From contig JAFGTC010000128.1 of assembly GCA_016934335.1 (NCBI GenBank), positions 1 through 37,947 on the forward strand: a DNA stretch of 37,947 nt, given 5' to 3'. A model generated the notes under the pieces. That model saw only the letters and a program-made list of their open reading frames with translations, was not told the DNA's origin and made no database searches. This document shows positions 17,193 through 26,528 of the stretch, in pieces. The stretch comes from Candidatus Omnitrophota bacterium (GTDB taxonomy: Bacteria > Hinthialibacterota > Hinthialibacteria > Hinthialibacterales > Hinthialibacteraceae). A program made the position numbers and the translations under genes. Position 1 is the stretch's first letter. Every line of letters starts with the position of its first letter.

Positions 17193-18173
17193 TCAGAACT
17201 GAACCAGGTTTGCGCCCCACGTCAATCCGCCTCCAAACGAGACGAAAATGGCCAGGTCGCCCTGCTTCAAGCGGCCTTCTTCGAGAGATTCGTGCAAGGC
17301 GATGGGAATCGTAGCGGCCGATGTATTCGCGTATTTTTCAATATTCAAATAAAATCGCTCTTTCAATGACAACCCTAATTTCTGAGCCACGGCTTCCAAA
17401 ATGCGCGTATTGGCCTGGTGTGGAATGATCAGCGACACATCGTCGATGGTTTTCTGGGTGCGCTCCAGCACCTTGTTGCAACTTTGAAGCATGCCCCGCA
17501 CGGCGTAGCGAAAAATTTCCCGACCATTCATGAACAAGAACTGTTTCTTTTCGTCAAGGGCTTCCTGGGTTACGGGAACGCGAGAGCCGCCGCACCGAAC
17601 GCACAACATGTCAGCGGCCGAACCGTCCGCCCCCAGTTCCGAACAAAGAACGCCTTTCTCTTCATGAGGCTGAATCACAACCGCCCCAGCGCCGTCGCCG
17701 AACAAAACGCAAGTATTGCGGTCGGTCCAATCGACAACTTTCGTAAGAAGATCAACGCCGACCAACAAGATGTTTTTATATTGGCCGGATTGAATATAAG
17801 CTTGCGCAATCGACAATCCGTAGACGAAGCCGCTGCACGCCGCGGAAAGATCGAAGGCCATGGCGTTTTTGGCGCCTAATTTTTTCTGAAGGATGCAGGC
17901 GGTGGCCGGCCAGCTGTAATCGCCGGAGACCGTGGCCACGAGAATCGCATCCAAATCTTCCGCGCTCACATTCGACGCCGCCAAGGCTTTCTCTGACGCC
18001 TGGAACGCTAAATCGGACGCCGCCGTGGAATCGTCGGAGACGCGGCGAGCGAACATGCCCGTCCGTTCTCGGATCCATTGGTCCGACGTATCCACCATTT
18101 TTTCCAAATCGTGATTAGTCAACACGCGATCGGGAACAGCCATGCCCGTTGAAACGATATGTGCAAAAGACAC
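17193..18173 (-). CDS. fabH: 3-oxoacyl-ACP synthase III
   Basis: AACSGFVYGL (active-site Cys), the HQAN segment and the C-terminal GGGLTWGA. Confidence 0.95.
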   Translation of the reverse strand: MSFAHIVSTGMAVPDRVLTNHDLEKMVDTSDQWIRERTGMFARRVSDDSTAASDLAFQASEKALAASNVSAEDLDAILVATVSGDYSWPATACILQKKLGAKNAMAFDLSAACSGFVYGLSIAQAYIQSGQYKNILLVGVDLLTKVVDWTDRNTCVLFGDGAGAVVIQPHEEKGVLCSELGADGSAADMLCVRCGGSRVPVTQEALDEKKQFLFMNGREIFRYAVRGMLQSCNKVLERTQKTIDDVSLIIPHQANTRILEAVAQKLGLSLKERFYLNIEKYANTSAATIPIALHESLEEGRLKQGDLAIFVSFGGGLTWGANLVQF

Positions 18174-18200
18174 AAAAATACCTTTCTACTTGTAGTTCAT

Positions 18201-19193
18201 TCAAGCGGCGACGGATCTTGCCTTTTCGACGGAGCGTCGGATTTCATCCAGCGGACATTTCTCCGCTGATATTCGCGCAGCGCGAATTCCATTGGCGATG
18301 GCGCGCGCTTCCGAACGCCCGTGGCCAATCAGGCAATAGCCGTTGACTCCTAACAGCATAGCGCCGCCGTAGGATGTGTAATCCACGCGATTCATGGTTT
18401 CTTTAAAGAAGGTGCGACGATGCTCCGAATCGACGTCCGCGCCGAACACGTTGTCAATTTCGATTTTCATGGCTCGGCTGAACATCCCGGCCAAGCCCTC
18501 TCCAAATTTGAGAATGACGTTGCCGACGAATCCATCGCAGACTACTACATCGACCGTGCCGCGCATGATGTCCACCCCTTCGACATTGCCGATAAAATTA
18601 ATCGGAGCCTTTTCAAGCAAGTCGGAGGCGGCCAACGTCAATTCATTGCCTTTGCTTTTCTCTTCCCCGATCGACAACAATCCCACCCGGGGATTCTCGA
18701 CGCCGAAGGCCATGCGATTGTAAACAGAGCCCATGATGGCCCACTGCAAGAGATGATAGGGCTTGCAATCAACAGTGGCGCCGACGTCGAGCAGCAAGGT
18801 GTAGCCGTTGACAGTCGGAAACGGGGCGACAATGGCCGGTTTGGAAATATCGGCCAGGCGTCCCAAAATAAAAAGAGCAAAGCCCACGGCCGCGCCCGAA
18901 TTTCCCATGGTAATCAGCGCATCCGCTTTGCCCTCTTTCACAAGCTTTGTACATACAGCAATGGAAGAATCCCGGCGCGTTTTCAACGCCGTCGAGGGAG
19001 AATCATGCATATCCACGACGCTGGGAGCGTGTATCAACTGAACGGCCAGGTCCTTACAGGAATCCTCTAACTGTTCCCGTTGGCCGACAAGCAGGATTTC
19101 CGTGTCGCTTTCTTCCGTCAAAAACAAACGAACGCCTTCTATGACTTCATCCGGCGCACGATCGCCGCCCATAGCGTCAACGGCAATTCTCAT
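18201..19193 (-). CDS. plsX: Phosphate acyltransferase PlsX
   Basis: MRIAVDAMGGD is the canonical N-terminus and GGAAGGAAG lies 6-8 nt upstream. The ORF track extends to the Met at 19229, which is less likely because it sits only 12 nt after the rpmF stop. GNSGAAV is an internal motif. Confidence 0.9.
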   Translation of the reverse strand: MRIAVDAMGGDRAPDEVIEGVRLFLTEESDTEILLVGQREQLEDSCKDLAVQLIHAPSVVDMHDSPSTALKTRRDSSIAVCTKLVKEGKADALITMGNSGAAVGFALFILGRLADISKPAIVAPFPTVNGYTLLLDVGATVDCKPYHLLQWAIMGSVYNRMAFGVENPRVGLLSIGEEKSKGNELTLAASDLLEKAPINFIGNVEGVDIMRGTVDVVVCDGFVGNVILKFGEGLAGMFSRAMKIEIDNVFGADVDSEHRRTFFKETMNRVDYTSYGGAMLLGVNGYCLIGHGRSEARAIANGIRAARISAEKCPLDEIRRSVEKARSVAA

Positions 19194-19241
19194 TTTTGCT
19201 TCCTTCCCAAGAACATTCCGGGGATCCATCGCAGCATGCGA

Positions 19242-19409
19242 TTAGACCACGGTTGAATCTTTGTAGAATCCGCAATGCGGGCAAACGCGGTGAGGCATTT
19301 TCCATCCCCGGCAGTTGGGGCATTCCGTTAAAGAGGAAAGTTTGAGAGCATGATGCGAACGTCCCATGCGATTTTTGGATTTGGATTTTCGATGTTTTGG
19401 ATGAGCCAT
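19242..19409 (-). CDS. rpmF: 50S ribosomal protein L32
   Basis: MAHPKHRKSKSKNRMGRSHHALK...CPNCRGWKMPHRVCPHCGFY. The true start is the internal Met of the 86-aa track ORF. Confidence 0.9.
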   Translation of the reverse strand: MAHPKHRKSKSKNRMGRSHHALKLSSLTECPNCRGWKMPHRVCPHCGFYKDSTVV

Positions 19410-19498
19410 GATTACCTCGCTTCGGTTTTCTTTCTTCGTATCGAAACTAGAAATATTCGAATGGATCGCCGTCCCGGATGCAACGAAAGAACGAACGA

Positions 19499-19984
19499 TC
19501 AAAAATGAAATTTCTCTTTTAATTTCTTCACGACATAGTCGGGCGCATAATGACTGACGTCGCCGTTGTACCGGGCGACTTCTTTCACCAGACGAGCGCG
19601 AAGATAAATATATTCAAGATTGGGCGCCATAAAAACCGTTTCGATATCACTCGCCATCTGACGGTTTGTCAACGCCATTTCAAATTCATATTCAAAATCC
19701 GAAACCGCTCGCAAGCCGCGCAATATCACATTCGCCTTTTTTTGGCGGACATAACGCACCAACAAACCGTCAAACGCATCCAACTCGATGTCGCCCATCC
19801 CTTTCGTCGCTTCGCGCAGCATATCCAGACGCTCGTCAATCGAAAACAACGGAGTTTTTCTGGGATTGGTGACGACTGCGACGATCAAGCGGTCAAATAT
19901 TCTGACGCCTCGTTCAATCAGATCCAAATGGCCGTTTGTAACGGGATCGAACATCCCGGGATAAACAGCGATCGTACCGGCCAT
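19499..19984 (-). CDS. coaD: Phosphopantetheine adenylyltransferase
   Basis: 161 aa. The N-terminus AVYPGMFDPVTNGHLDLIERG carries the nucleotidyltransferase (T/H)xGH signature. Confidence 0.9.
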   Translation of the reverse strand: MAGTIAVYPGMFDPVTNGHLDLIERGVRIFDRLIVAVVTNPRKTPLFSIDERLDMLREATKGMGDIELDAFDGLLVRYVRQKKANVILRGLRAVSDFEYEFEMALTNRQMASDIETVFMAPNLEYIYLRARLVKEVARYNGDVSHYAPDYVVKKLKEKFHF

Positions 19985-20464
19985 CGTTCTTCAATCCTTC
20001 CAACTTGCCGCCTAGCGGCGGCGCACTCCACACAACATCAAACGCTCAAAGATTGTACTATGCCGCGCCGAAAACAAACGCTCATAGTCTTTGTTATAAG
20101 ACAAAAAACCTGCTTGTATATGTTATATTTATAGAATGCAGCGAACGGCGCATTGCTCTTCTATCAACGGGAAATTACTTTCACCCTTCCGGGAAGGATT
20201 AAAGAATAAAAACTCTCTTTCCGTTCGTTTGCGATGCCGCAGAATGGCAATTCCCGCTGACGGATCAACCGCATCCCGCTTTCTGATCGAGTTTTTCACC
20301 CACAGGCGCAAACCGGCTGTTCTGTCAGCAATGTGGTAGGTTACTTGCTATCGGCAATTTGATCAAGCGGCGCGCCTCATATTAAATTAAGTATTTCACA
20401 CGGTGTAATTTCCCGATTCTCTCCTGACAAGTCAGAACCCATGACAGGAAGAATTCATGCCTGT

Positions 20465-21532
20465 TCAAGAATTCCAGGATGTTCTCATCCCGACGGCATG
20501 AACCACGGGCGGAAGAATTTTCATCAAGTGTTTGAATCGTTCTTCATCCAACGACTGCTTGCCATCGGAAAAAGCCTTGGATGGTTCAGGATGAACCTCG
20601 ACCATAATCCCGTACGCGCCGGCCGCCGCCGCCGCCAAACTCATGGGAGCGACCAGATCAGCATGCCCCGTCCCATGACTCGGATCGACAAGAACAGGTA
20701 AATGAGTCAATTTTTTTAAAGCGGGCACGGCGTTGAGATCGAGAACATTGCGATATTGGGTTTCAAAAGTGCGAATTCCCCGCTCGCATAGGATCACATG
20801 ATTGTTGCCTTGAGAGAGAATATATTCCGCCGACATGAGCCATTCTTCCAAAGTGGACGACATGCCGCGCTTTAACATGATTGGCTTTTGAGTTGAACCC
20901 AACGACTTTAAAAGCATAAAATTCTGCATGTTGCGAGCGCCTATCTGAATAATGTCCGCATATTGATCCACCAGTTCCAAATGATGCGCATCCATCAACT
21001 CCGTAACGACCGCCAATCCATGCTCATATCTCGCTTCGGCCAAAAGTTTGAGCCCTTCTTCTTCCAATCCTTGAAAACTATAAGGAGAGGTGCGCGGCTT
21101 AAACGCCCCTCCGCGCAGGCAGCATGCGCCGTATTTTTTGGCGAAGCGCGCCGACTCTAGAACCTGTTCACGATTCTCCACCGAACAGGGACCTGCCATG
21201 ACGACAAAATCCGAGCCGCCTATCTGGATCGATTTCGTTCCCTCTTTCCATTCAAATTGAAAATCAATGACAGAGTCGGGCCGAATAATCCCCTTTTGAA
21301 TTTCTCTCGCAACTAATTTATAAGGGGGTAGGATGTACTCGACTTTATCAACGCCCGGCTGGCTGACCATCCGATCATAAAGGCCTTCCTTCCCTCGTTC
21401 ATCGCCGACCGCGGCCAGGACGGTTAAATTAGTCCCATAGATGGGGTGAACAGAGTATCCCGCCTCTTCGATCATTTTTTCAACATTTTTAATCTCGTCC
21501 GGCATGGCATTTTGGTTCATTTGAATAATCAC
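20465..21532 (-). CDS. 3-deoxy-7-phosphoheptulonate (DAHP) synthase, type I-beta with N-terminal regulatory domain
   Basis: 355 aa. An N-terminal ~90-aa ferredoxin-like domain is followed by a KDO8P/DAHP-synthase I-beta core (VMAGPCSVE, GARNMQNF, LCERGIRTFE, VDPSHGTG). Confidence 0.85.
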   Translation of the reverse strand: MIIQMNQNAMPDEIKNVEKMIEEAGYSVHPIYGTNLTVLAAVGDERGKEGLYDRMVSQPGVDKVEYILPPYKLVAREIQKGIIRPDSVIDFQFEWKEGTKSIQIGGSDFVVMAGPCSVENREQVLESARFAKKYGACCLRGGAFKPRTSPYSFQGLEEEGLKLLAEARYEHGLAVVTELMDAHHLELVDQYADIIQIGARNMQNFMLLKSLGSTQKPIMLKRGMSSTLEEWLMSAEYILSQGNNHVILCERGIRTFETQYRNVLDLNAVPALKKLTHLPVLVDPSHGTGHADLVAPMSLAAAAAGAYGIMVEVHPEPSKAFSDGKQSLDEERFKHLMKILPPVVHAVGMRTSWNS

Positions 21533-21732
21533 GGCGTCACCTCAAAATTGTTAGAAATAGGTTTAAAAACAAATCAAAACACAATTAATTCGAATCAGAG
21601 ATCCAATTTTCATGTTTTCGTCCGGCAGTATTGTATTGGCAGTAAGGCGTAATTGAAAGTTGAATCAAAATCAAACATCATATCATCATGCCTATCGATT
21701 TAATTTAAAGAATCTTACCCATCGGCAGGCGC

Positions 21733-21759
21733 AAAAAACAACCCGCTCAAGAAGCGGGC
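21733..21759 (-). terminator. Rho-independent terminator of cspA
   Basis: CCCGCT-caaga-AGCGGG stem. On the minus strand it is followed by TTGTTTTTTGC. There is also a short T-run on the plus side. Confidence 0.5.
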
Positions 21760-21796
21760 GTATTTTGAAAAATTACGGCTGAATGAAATGCAACGG

Positions 21797-22009
21797 TTAG
21801 TCGACAATCACAACATTGATGGCTTGAGGTCCTTTTTTCCCTTCAGTGATATCAAACTCAATCGCTTGGCCTTCTTCCAATTTGCGAAATCCTTCTCCCT
21901 TGATGCCGGTATAATGGACAAAGATATCGCTTCCCTCTTCTTGTTGGATAAAACCATATCCTTTTTCGACATTAAACCACTTTACGACTCCGCGAGGCAC
22001 TGTGTTCAC
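21797..22009 (-). CDS. cspA: Cold-shock protein (CspA family)
   Basis: 70 aa. [15 protein letters not shown] (RNP1) and DIFVHYTGI (RNP2). It is preceded on the minus strand by a ~210-nt AT-rich leader (22010-22221). Confidence 0.9.
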   Translation of the reverse strand: MNTVPRGVVKWFNVEKGYGFIQQEEGSDIFVHYTGIKGEGFRKLEEGQAIEFDITEGKKGPQAINVVIVD

Positions 22010-22320
22010 TCCTTTCGCTACGATCCTTTCAATCTATTCCCCTTTACATCTTCAGTCTCTCGGGGCCTGATGCAATTCATTCATCTCAATCTAATAAATA
22101 CGTAAATAATCAGGCCTTACAACACCCAGTTGTCTATCGCTAGGAGCAATATACAATATTTGTTTTGATAAGAAAAGTATTTTTTTATTTTTTTTCAATT
22201 CTTTCGATAATTTGATTCTATATGGATTTTCGAATAGATAGGTCGATGATTGATTATTTTCATAAAATCAGACAGAATATCCGTCAATCCAAGCGTATTT
22301 TCAGTTTCATGCGGTTGATA

Positions 22321-23430
22321 ATGAGCCGGAATCGCCGAATCGCAAGTCTCTATATTTTTGTATATTTGGCCGTTCTCATGATGCCGCCGCACTTCTGCTG
22401 CGCATACAATCAAGAGGAGAATCCATCCATGCTTCCGGGAAAATTCGAGACGTTTTCATATCCCGCGCCCCAATCCGCCGTGAAATGGGAAAACGAAAAA
22501 GAGAAACTGCGCGCCAGACTCTGGTCTCTCTTGGGTGATCTGCCCCAACCGTTTACGCCGCAGCCTGAAATCACAAGACGAGAGCAGCGCAACGGTTACA
22601 TCCTGGAAAAATTCCAATTTGAAAACGGCGTCGGCGATCTGGTTTATGGATATTTCGCCATGCCGGCCGGCTGCACTCAACCGGTTCCCGCCATTCTTTA
22701 CCACCATTATCACGGCGGTGAATACGACAACGCTAAAGAAGAGATTCTCAAAAACTATCCCGTGGACAAACCGCCGGTGGAATCCTTTACGGAAGCCGGC
22801 TGCGCCGTCCTGGCCATCGATGCGTATGCTTTCGGCGAACGCCGCCATCAAGGTCCGGCCGGCCAACGCGAATCCGGAGGACGCACGGAATCGGCGCTCT
22901 TCAAACAATTCATCTGGCAGGGCAAGACGCTCTGGGGCATGATGGTTCGAGACGACCAACTGGCCTTGAATTACCTGCTATCCCGGCCGGAAGTGGATCC
23001 CAAGCGCGTGGGCGCGACGGGAATGAGTATGGGCAGCACACGAACCTGGTGGCTGTCGGCTTTGGACGAGCGCATCCGCGCCGCCGTCTGCGTCTGCTGT
23101 CTTACTCGCTACCAAGACTTGCTTCAACATGGGGAAGCCAACCAGCATGGCATCTATTACTACGTCCCCAATCTTCTGAAAGAAGGGATCGACATGGAGG
23201 CGGTAGTCGGCCTGATCGCGCCGCGGCCGCTCTTGACGATGACCGGCGACCGGGACGGCGGTTCGCCGGTCGATGGAGTGAATGCCATCAACTCTTTTGT
23301 AAGTGATATATACAAACTCTATAATCAACCGAATGATTTTCGAGGAATCGTTTATCCGGGCGTCGCCCACGAATATACTTCAGACATGTGGAGAGAGACG
23401 CTGGCCTGGTTCAAAGAAAAATTACAATAA
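22321..23430 (+). CDS. Secreted or membrane-anchored alpha/beta-hydrolase (acetyl-xylan-esterase / dienelactone-hydrolase-like)
   Basis: The GMSMGS nucleophile elbow (G-x-S-x-G), with downstream Asp and His (GVAHEY). The track ORF starts at 22222. The Met at 22321 (MSRNRRIASLYIFVYLAVLMM) begins a signal-peptide-like segment and is the likelier start. Confidence 0.65.
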   Translation: MSRNRRIASLYIFVYLAVLMMPPHFCCAYNQEENPSMLPGKFETFSYPAPQSAVKWENEKEKLRARLWSLLGDLPQPFTPQPEITRREQRNGYILEKFQFENGVGDLVYGYFAMPAGCTQPVPAILYHHYHGGEYDNAKEEILKNYPVDKPPVESFTEAGCAVLAIDAYAFGERRHQGPAGQRESGGRTESALFKQFIWQGKTLWGMMVRDDQLALNYLLSRPEVDPKRVGATGMSMGSTRTWWLSALDERIRAAVCVCCLTRYQDLLQHGEANQHGIYYYVPNLLKEGIDMEAVVGLIAPRPLLTMTGDRDGGSPVDGVNAINSFVSDIYKLYNQPNDFRGIVYPGVAHEYTSDMWRETLAWFKEKLQ

Positions 23431-23573
23431 GAAAATTAATAATGATTATCATTCTTAGTTTTTCTAAAAAAAATTCAAGGATTCACTCATCGTTTCTCCA
23501 TTTTTTGAATATTGAATCGATAGAAAATTCTCTACGGCAGTCTTCCCATTAATATAGATTGAGAAAGAATAAA

Positions 23574-24626
23574 ATGGCTATTAAACCGCCGCGCAATATC
23601 AAACCCAATTTTGAATTTCCCCAAGTCATGCTGGCGCCGGTGGCGGGAGTCACCGACCGGGCCAATCGTGAGATTGCGCGCTCTCTGGGCTGCCCTCTTA
23701 CGTTTTCCGAACTGATCAGCGCGCGCGGCATCAAAGAAAAAAACAAAGGCTCCATGCAAATGCTGGAGGAATGCCGGGGCGAACACCCGCTCGTCGTGCA
23801 GGTTTTCGGCAACGAAATCGATTCCATGTATGAAGCCGTGCGGTTTCTTGACGATATGGGCGTAGAGGGGATCAACCTGAATTTGGGCTGTCCCGTAAAA
23901 AAAGTGTTTAAAAACAAATCGGGCTGTGGGTTGACGGTTTTTCCCACGGAACTTGTTTACGTCATCCGCGCCATGCGCAAGGCGACAGATCGGCATTTAT
24001 CCGTGAAAATTCGCGCCGGCGTCAATCATCGTTCGCTTCATTACCGGCTGATCGGGGATATTGCTCAGGGGGAAGGATGCGATGCGATCATCTTCCACGC
24101 GAGAACCCGCATGATGGGATTCGGCGGCGAAGCCCAGTGGCACTGGATCAGGGATTTGAAGGAATATCTGGACATCCCCGTCATAGGCAACGGCGACGTC
24201 GTCGACGCCGTCAGCGCCAAGCGCATGCTCGATCAAACCGGCTGCGACGGCGTGATGATCGCTCGTGGATCGTACGGCAATCCCTGGATCTTCCAAGAAA
24301 TTCTGGATTATCTGAATGACGGCCGTCTCCTTTCTCCGCCCTCTTTACAGGATCGGCTCGAAACCCTACTGCGCCACCTGCGGCTGGCGGCGGAATGGAA
24401 GGGCGAACCGCGCGGCATTCGCGAAATGCGCAAGCAATTCGGGTGGTACATCAAAGGATACCGAAACGTGCGCCCCCTGCGCGAAGCGGTCAACCGCCTG
24501 GACAGTTTGAAGGAAGTGACCGCCGCGATCAACCAATGGGCGGAGAACTTATCCGCCGATCCTTATGAGACGTATGAAATAGCCGCCCCCCCTTCCAATC
24601 GCGCCGTCAGTCTGCGCATCGGGTGA
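23574..24626 (+). CDS. dus: tRNA-dihydrouridine synthase (DusB-like)
   Basis: VMLAPVAGVTD, VQVFGN, INLNLGCPVKKV (catalytic Cys) and NGDV. The start is taken at MAIKPP, 5 codons into the track ORF. Confidence 0.85.
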   Translation: MAIKPPRNIKPNFEFPQVMLAPVAGVTDRANREIARSLGCPLTFSELISARGIKEKNKGSMQMLEECRGEHPLVVQVFGNEIDSMYEAVRFLDDMGVEGINLNLGCPVKKVFKNKSGCGLTVFPTELVYVIRAMRKATDRHLSVKIRAGVNHRSLHYRLIGDIAQGEGCDAIIFHARTRMMGFGGEAQWHWIRDLKEYLDIPVIGNGDVVDAVSAKRMLDQTGCDGVMIARGSYGNPWIFQEILDYLNDGRLLSPPSLQDRLETLLRHLRLAAEWKGEPRGIREMRKQFGWYIKGYRNVRPLREAVNRLDSLKEVTAAINQWAENLSADPYETYEIAAPPSNRAVSLRIG

Positions 24627-24702
24627 GGGCGTCATTTGCATCCCGCCGATGAACCGGATACGATTATACAAAATCATTACAAACGACTTATACGAGGTAA
24701 GA

Positions 24703-26496
24703 ATGAAACGAAGCGCCTTCATCCTTCTTCTTTGTATTTTTACAGCCTGCACTCCGCCGTTATCCGGATTCAGCCAACCGATCGATCAGGATTCTCTTTT
24801 TTCATGGAGCGTAAAAGCGGCGCCGCCCGCCATCCCGCAAGGCGGTCAAGGCGTTGTGGAACTATCGCTAACCGTTGCGCCGCTGCATATCGTTTATGAG
24901 AACATGACGTCGGTTTCCGTGGAAGGCCCGGATGAATTTCAGGCGGGCGAGCCGATTCTCCCCAAATCCAAAACGAAGGCTGATCCCATCGACGGGCAGG
25001 AAAAGCAGATTTATGAAGGCGTCGTCCAATTCAGCATCCCCTACACGATCGATGCGGCGGCCCCCATCGGGGATATGGAAATCAATGTTACGGCGAGTTA
25101 TCAGGGATGCTCGCAAACCATGTGCTATTTTCCGCAAACGCGCGAATTTCCCGTAACGCTGCAAATTACGGAAAGCGACGGGACATCAAGCGCCGCAATC
25201 GCTCCCGAAGAGCCATCGGGAGCGGAGGATGCCGCGCCTGCGAGGCTTCAGGATTTTTCGACGCAGGATGACTTTTTCGCTCGCGGCTATTTTCTGACTT
25301 TTATCCTGATTTATTTCTTCGGCGTTCTGACCAGTTTCACGCCCTGCGTGTATCCCCTGATTCCCATTACGGTCACCATCTTTGGCGCGAGAAAAACGAA
25401 AAACACCTTTCAGGCTTTTACTCTTGCGTTGACTTACGTCATCGGCATTGCGGTCATGTATTCCAGTTTGGGATACGCCGCGGCCAGCACCGGCGCGGTG
25501 TTCGGCCAGTTTATGAGCAATCCCTGGGTGATCGGTTTGATTGCGCTCTTCTTCGCCGCCATGGGGCTTTCCATGATGGGATTGTTCGAGCTGCAGCTGC
25601 CATCTTCGTTTCAAGCCAAACTCAGCCAGGTTGGGGGTGAGGGGTATGCCAGTGCGTTTTTCATGGGATTGATCGCCGGGATTGTCGCCGCACCCTGCAC
25701 CGGCCCCGTTCTGGCCGGGATTTTGGCGTATGCGGCTACGACAGGCAATGCGGTTTTGGGGGTATCCCTGCTGCTGGTTTATTCGCTGGGTCTGGGGACG
25801 CTGTTTCTCGTCATTGGAACCTATTCGGGCATGATCCAAAGGCTTCCCAAATCAGGGGGGTGGATGGAGAGCGTTAAAAGCGTGTTCGCCGTAATCTTAT
25901 TCGTCTGCGCTCTGTATTTTCTGAAGAACGCCTTCCCCGCCCTGCAGCTTGATCAAGTGCGCGATTGGGCCCTTTATGTCATTGCGGCGGTTCTTCTTCT
26001 TACAGGAATCACAAACGGAGCGTTTCATCTTTCCCTGCATTCGCCGAAGACCTCGGAGCGATTTCGAAAGGCGACGGGAATCTGCGCCTGCGTGGTCGGG
26101 CTCTATCTGCCGATCGGCGCTTCCGCACCATCCGGCGAAGGAGAGGTGAATTGGACGACCGACCTTCAAGCGGGCCTGGCTCTCGCCCAAGAAGAGAACA
26201 AGCCAGTCATGATCGATTTTTGGGCTGAATGGTGCACGCTTTGCAAAGAGATCGATCACTATACGTTTCAAGATGAAACCGTCGCCGATGAGCTCAACGA
26301 ACGCTTCGTCAACATTAAAATCGACCTGACGCGCGACAATACGGATGAAGCGCAAGCCATCATACAGAAATATAAAATCAACGGCCTGCCGCTTATCGTT
26401 TTTTACGATTCCCAAGGCGAGCTTCTTCAGGACAAACGCATCAATGAATTCATCGAACCGGCCGAATTTCTCGATCATATCCAACAGATCCCATGA
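24703..26496 (+). CDS. dsbD: Thiol:disulfide interchange protein DsbD (N-terminal alpha domain, CcdA-like TM core, C-terminal thioredoxin)
   Basis: Signal peptide MKRSAFILLLCIF. TM core with TPCVYPLIP and APCTGPVLAG. The C-terminal thioredoxin fold carries WAEWCTLCK (CxxC). Confidence 0.85.
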   Translation: MKRSAFILLLCIFTACTPPLSGFSQPIDQDSLFSWSVKAAPPAIPQGGQGVVELSLTVAPLHIVYENMTSVSVEGPDEFQAGEPILPKSKTKADPIDGQEKQIYEGVVQFSIPYTIDAAAPIGDMEINVTASYQGCSQTMCYFPQTREFPVTLQITESDGTSSAAIAPEEPSGAEDAAPARLQDFSTQDDFFARGYFLTFILIYFFGVLTSFTPCVYPLIPITVTIFGARKTKNTFQAFTLALTYVIGIAVMYSSLGYAAASTGAVFGQFMSNPWVIGLIALFFAAMGLSMMGLFELQLPSSFQAKLSQVGGEGYASAFFMGLIAGIVAAPCTGPVLAGILAYAATTGNAVLGVSLLLVYSLGLGTLFLVIGTYSGMIQRLPKSGGWMESVKSVFAVILFVCALYFLKNAFPALQLDQVRDWALYVIAAVLLLTGITNGAFHLSLHSPKTSERFRKATGICACVVGLYLPIGASAPSGEGEVNWTTDLQAGLALAQEENKPVMIDFWAEWCTLCKEIDHYTFQDETVADELNERFVNIKIDLTRDNTDEAQAIIQKYKINGLPLIVFYDSQGELLQDKRINEFIEPAEFLDHIQQIP

Positions 26497-26528
26497 TCGA
26501 TCAAGCAGCGATGAAATCAGCGACAAGA

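Noticed and set aside
20005-20339. Three overlapping 60-67-aa ORFs in the coaD leader
   Set aside because: Mutually overlapping on both strands, no motifs and no SD. The region is more likely a promoter/UTR.
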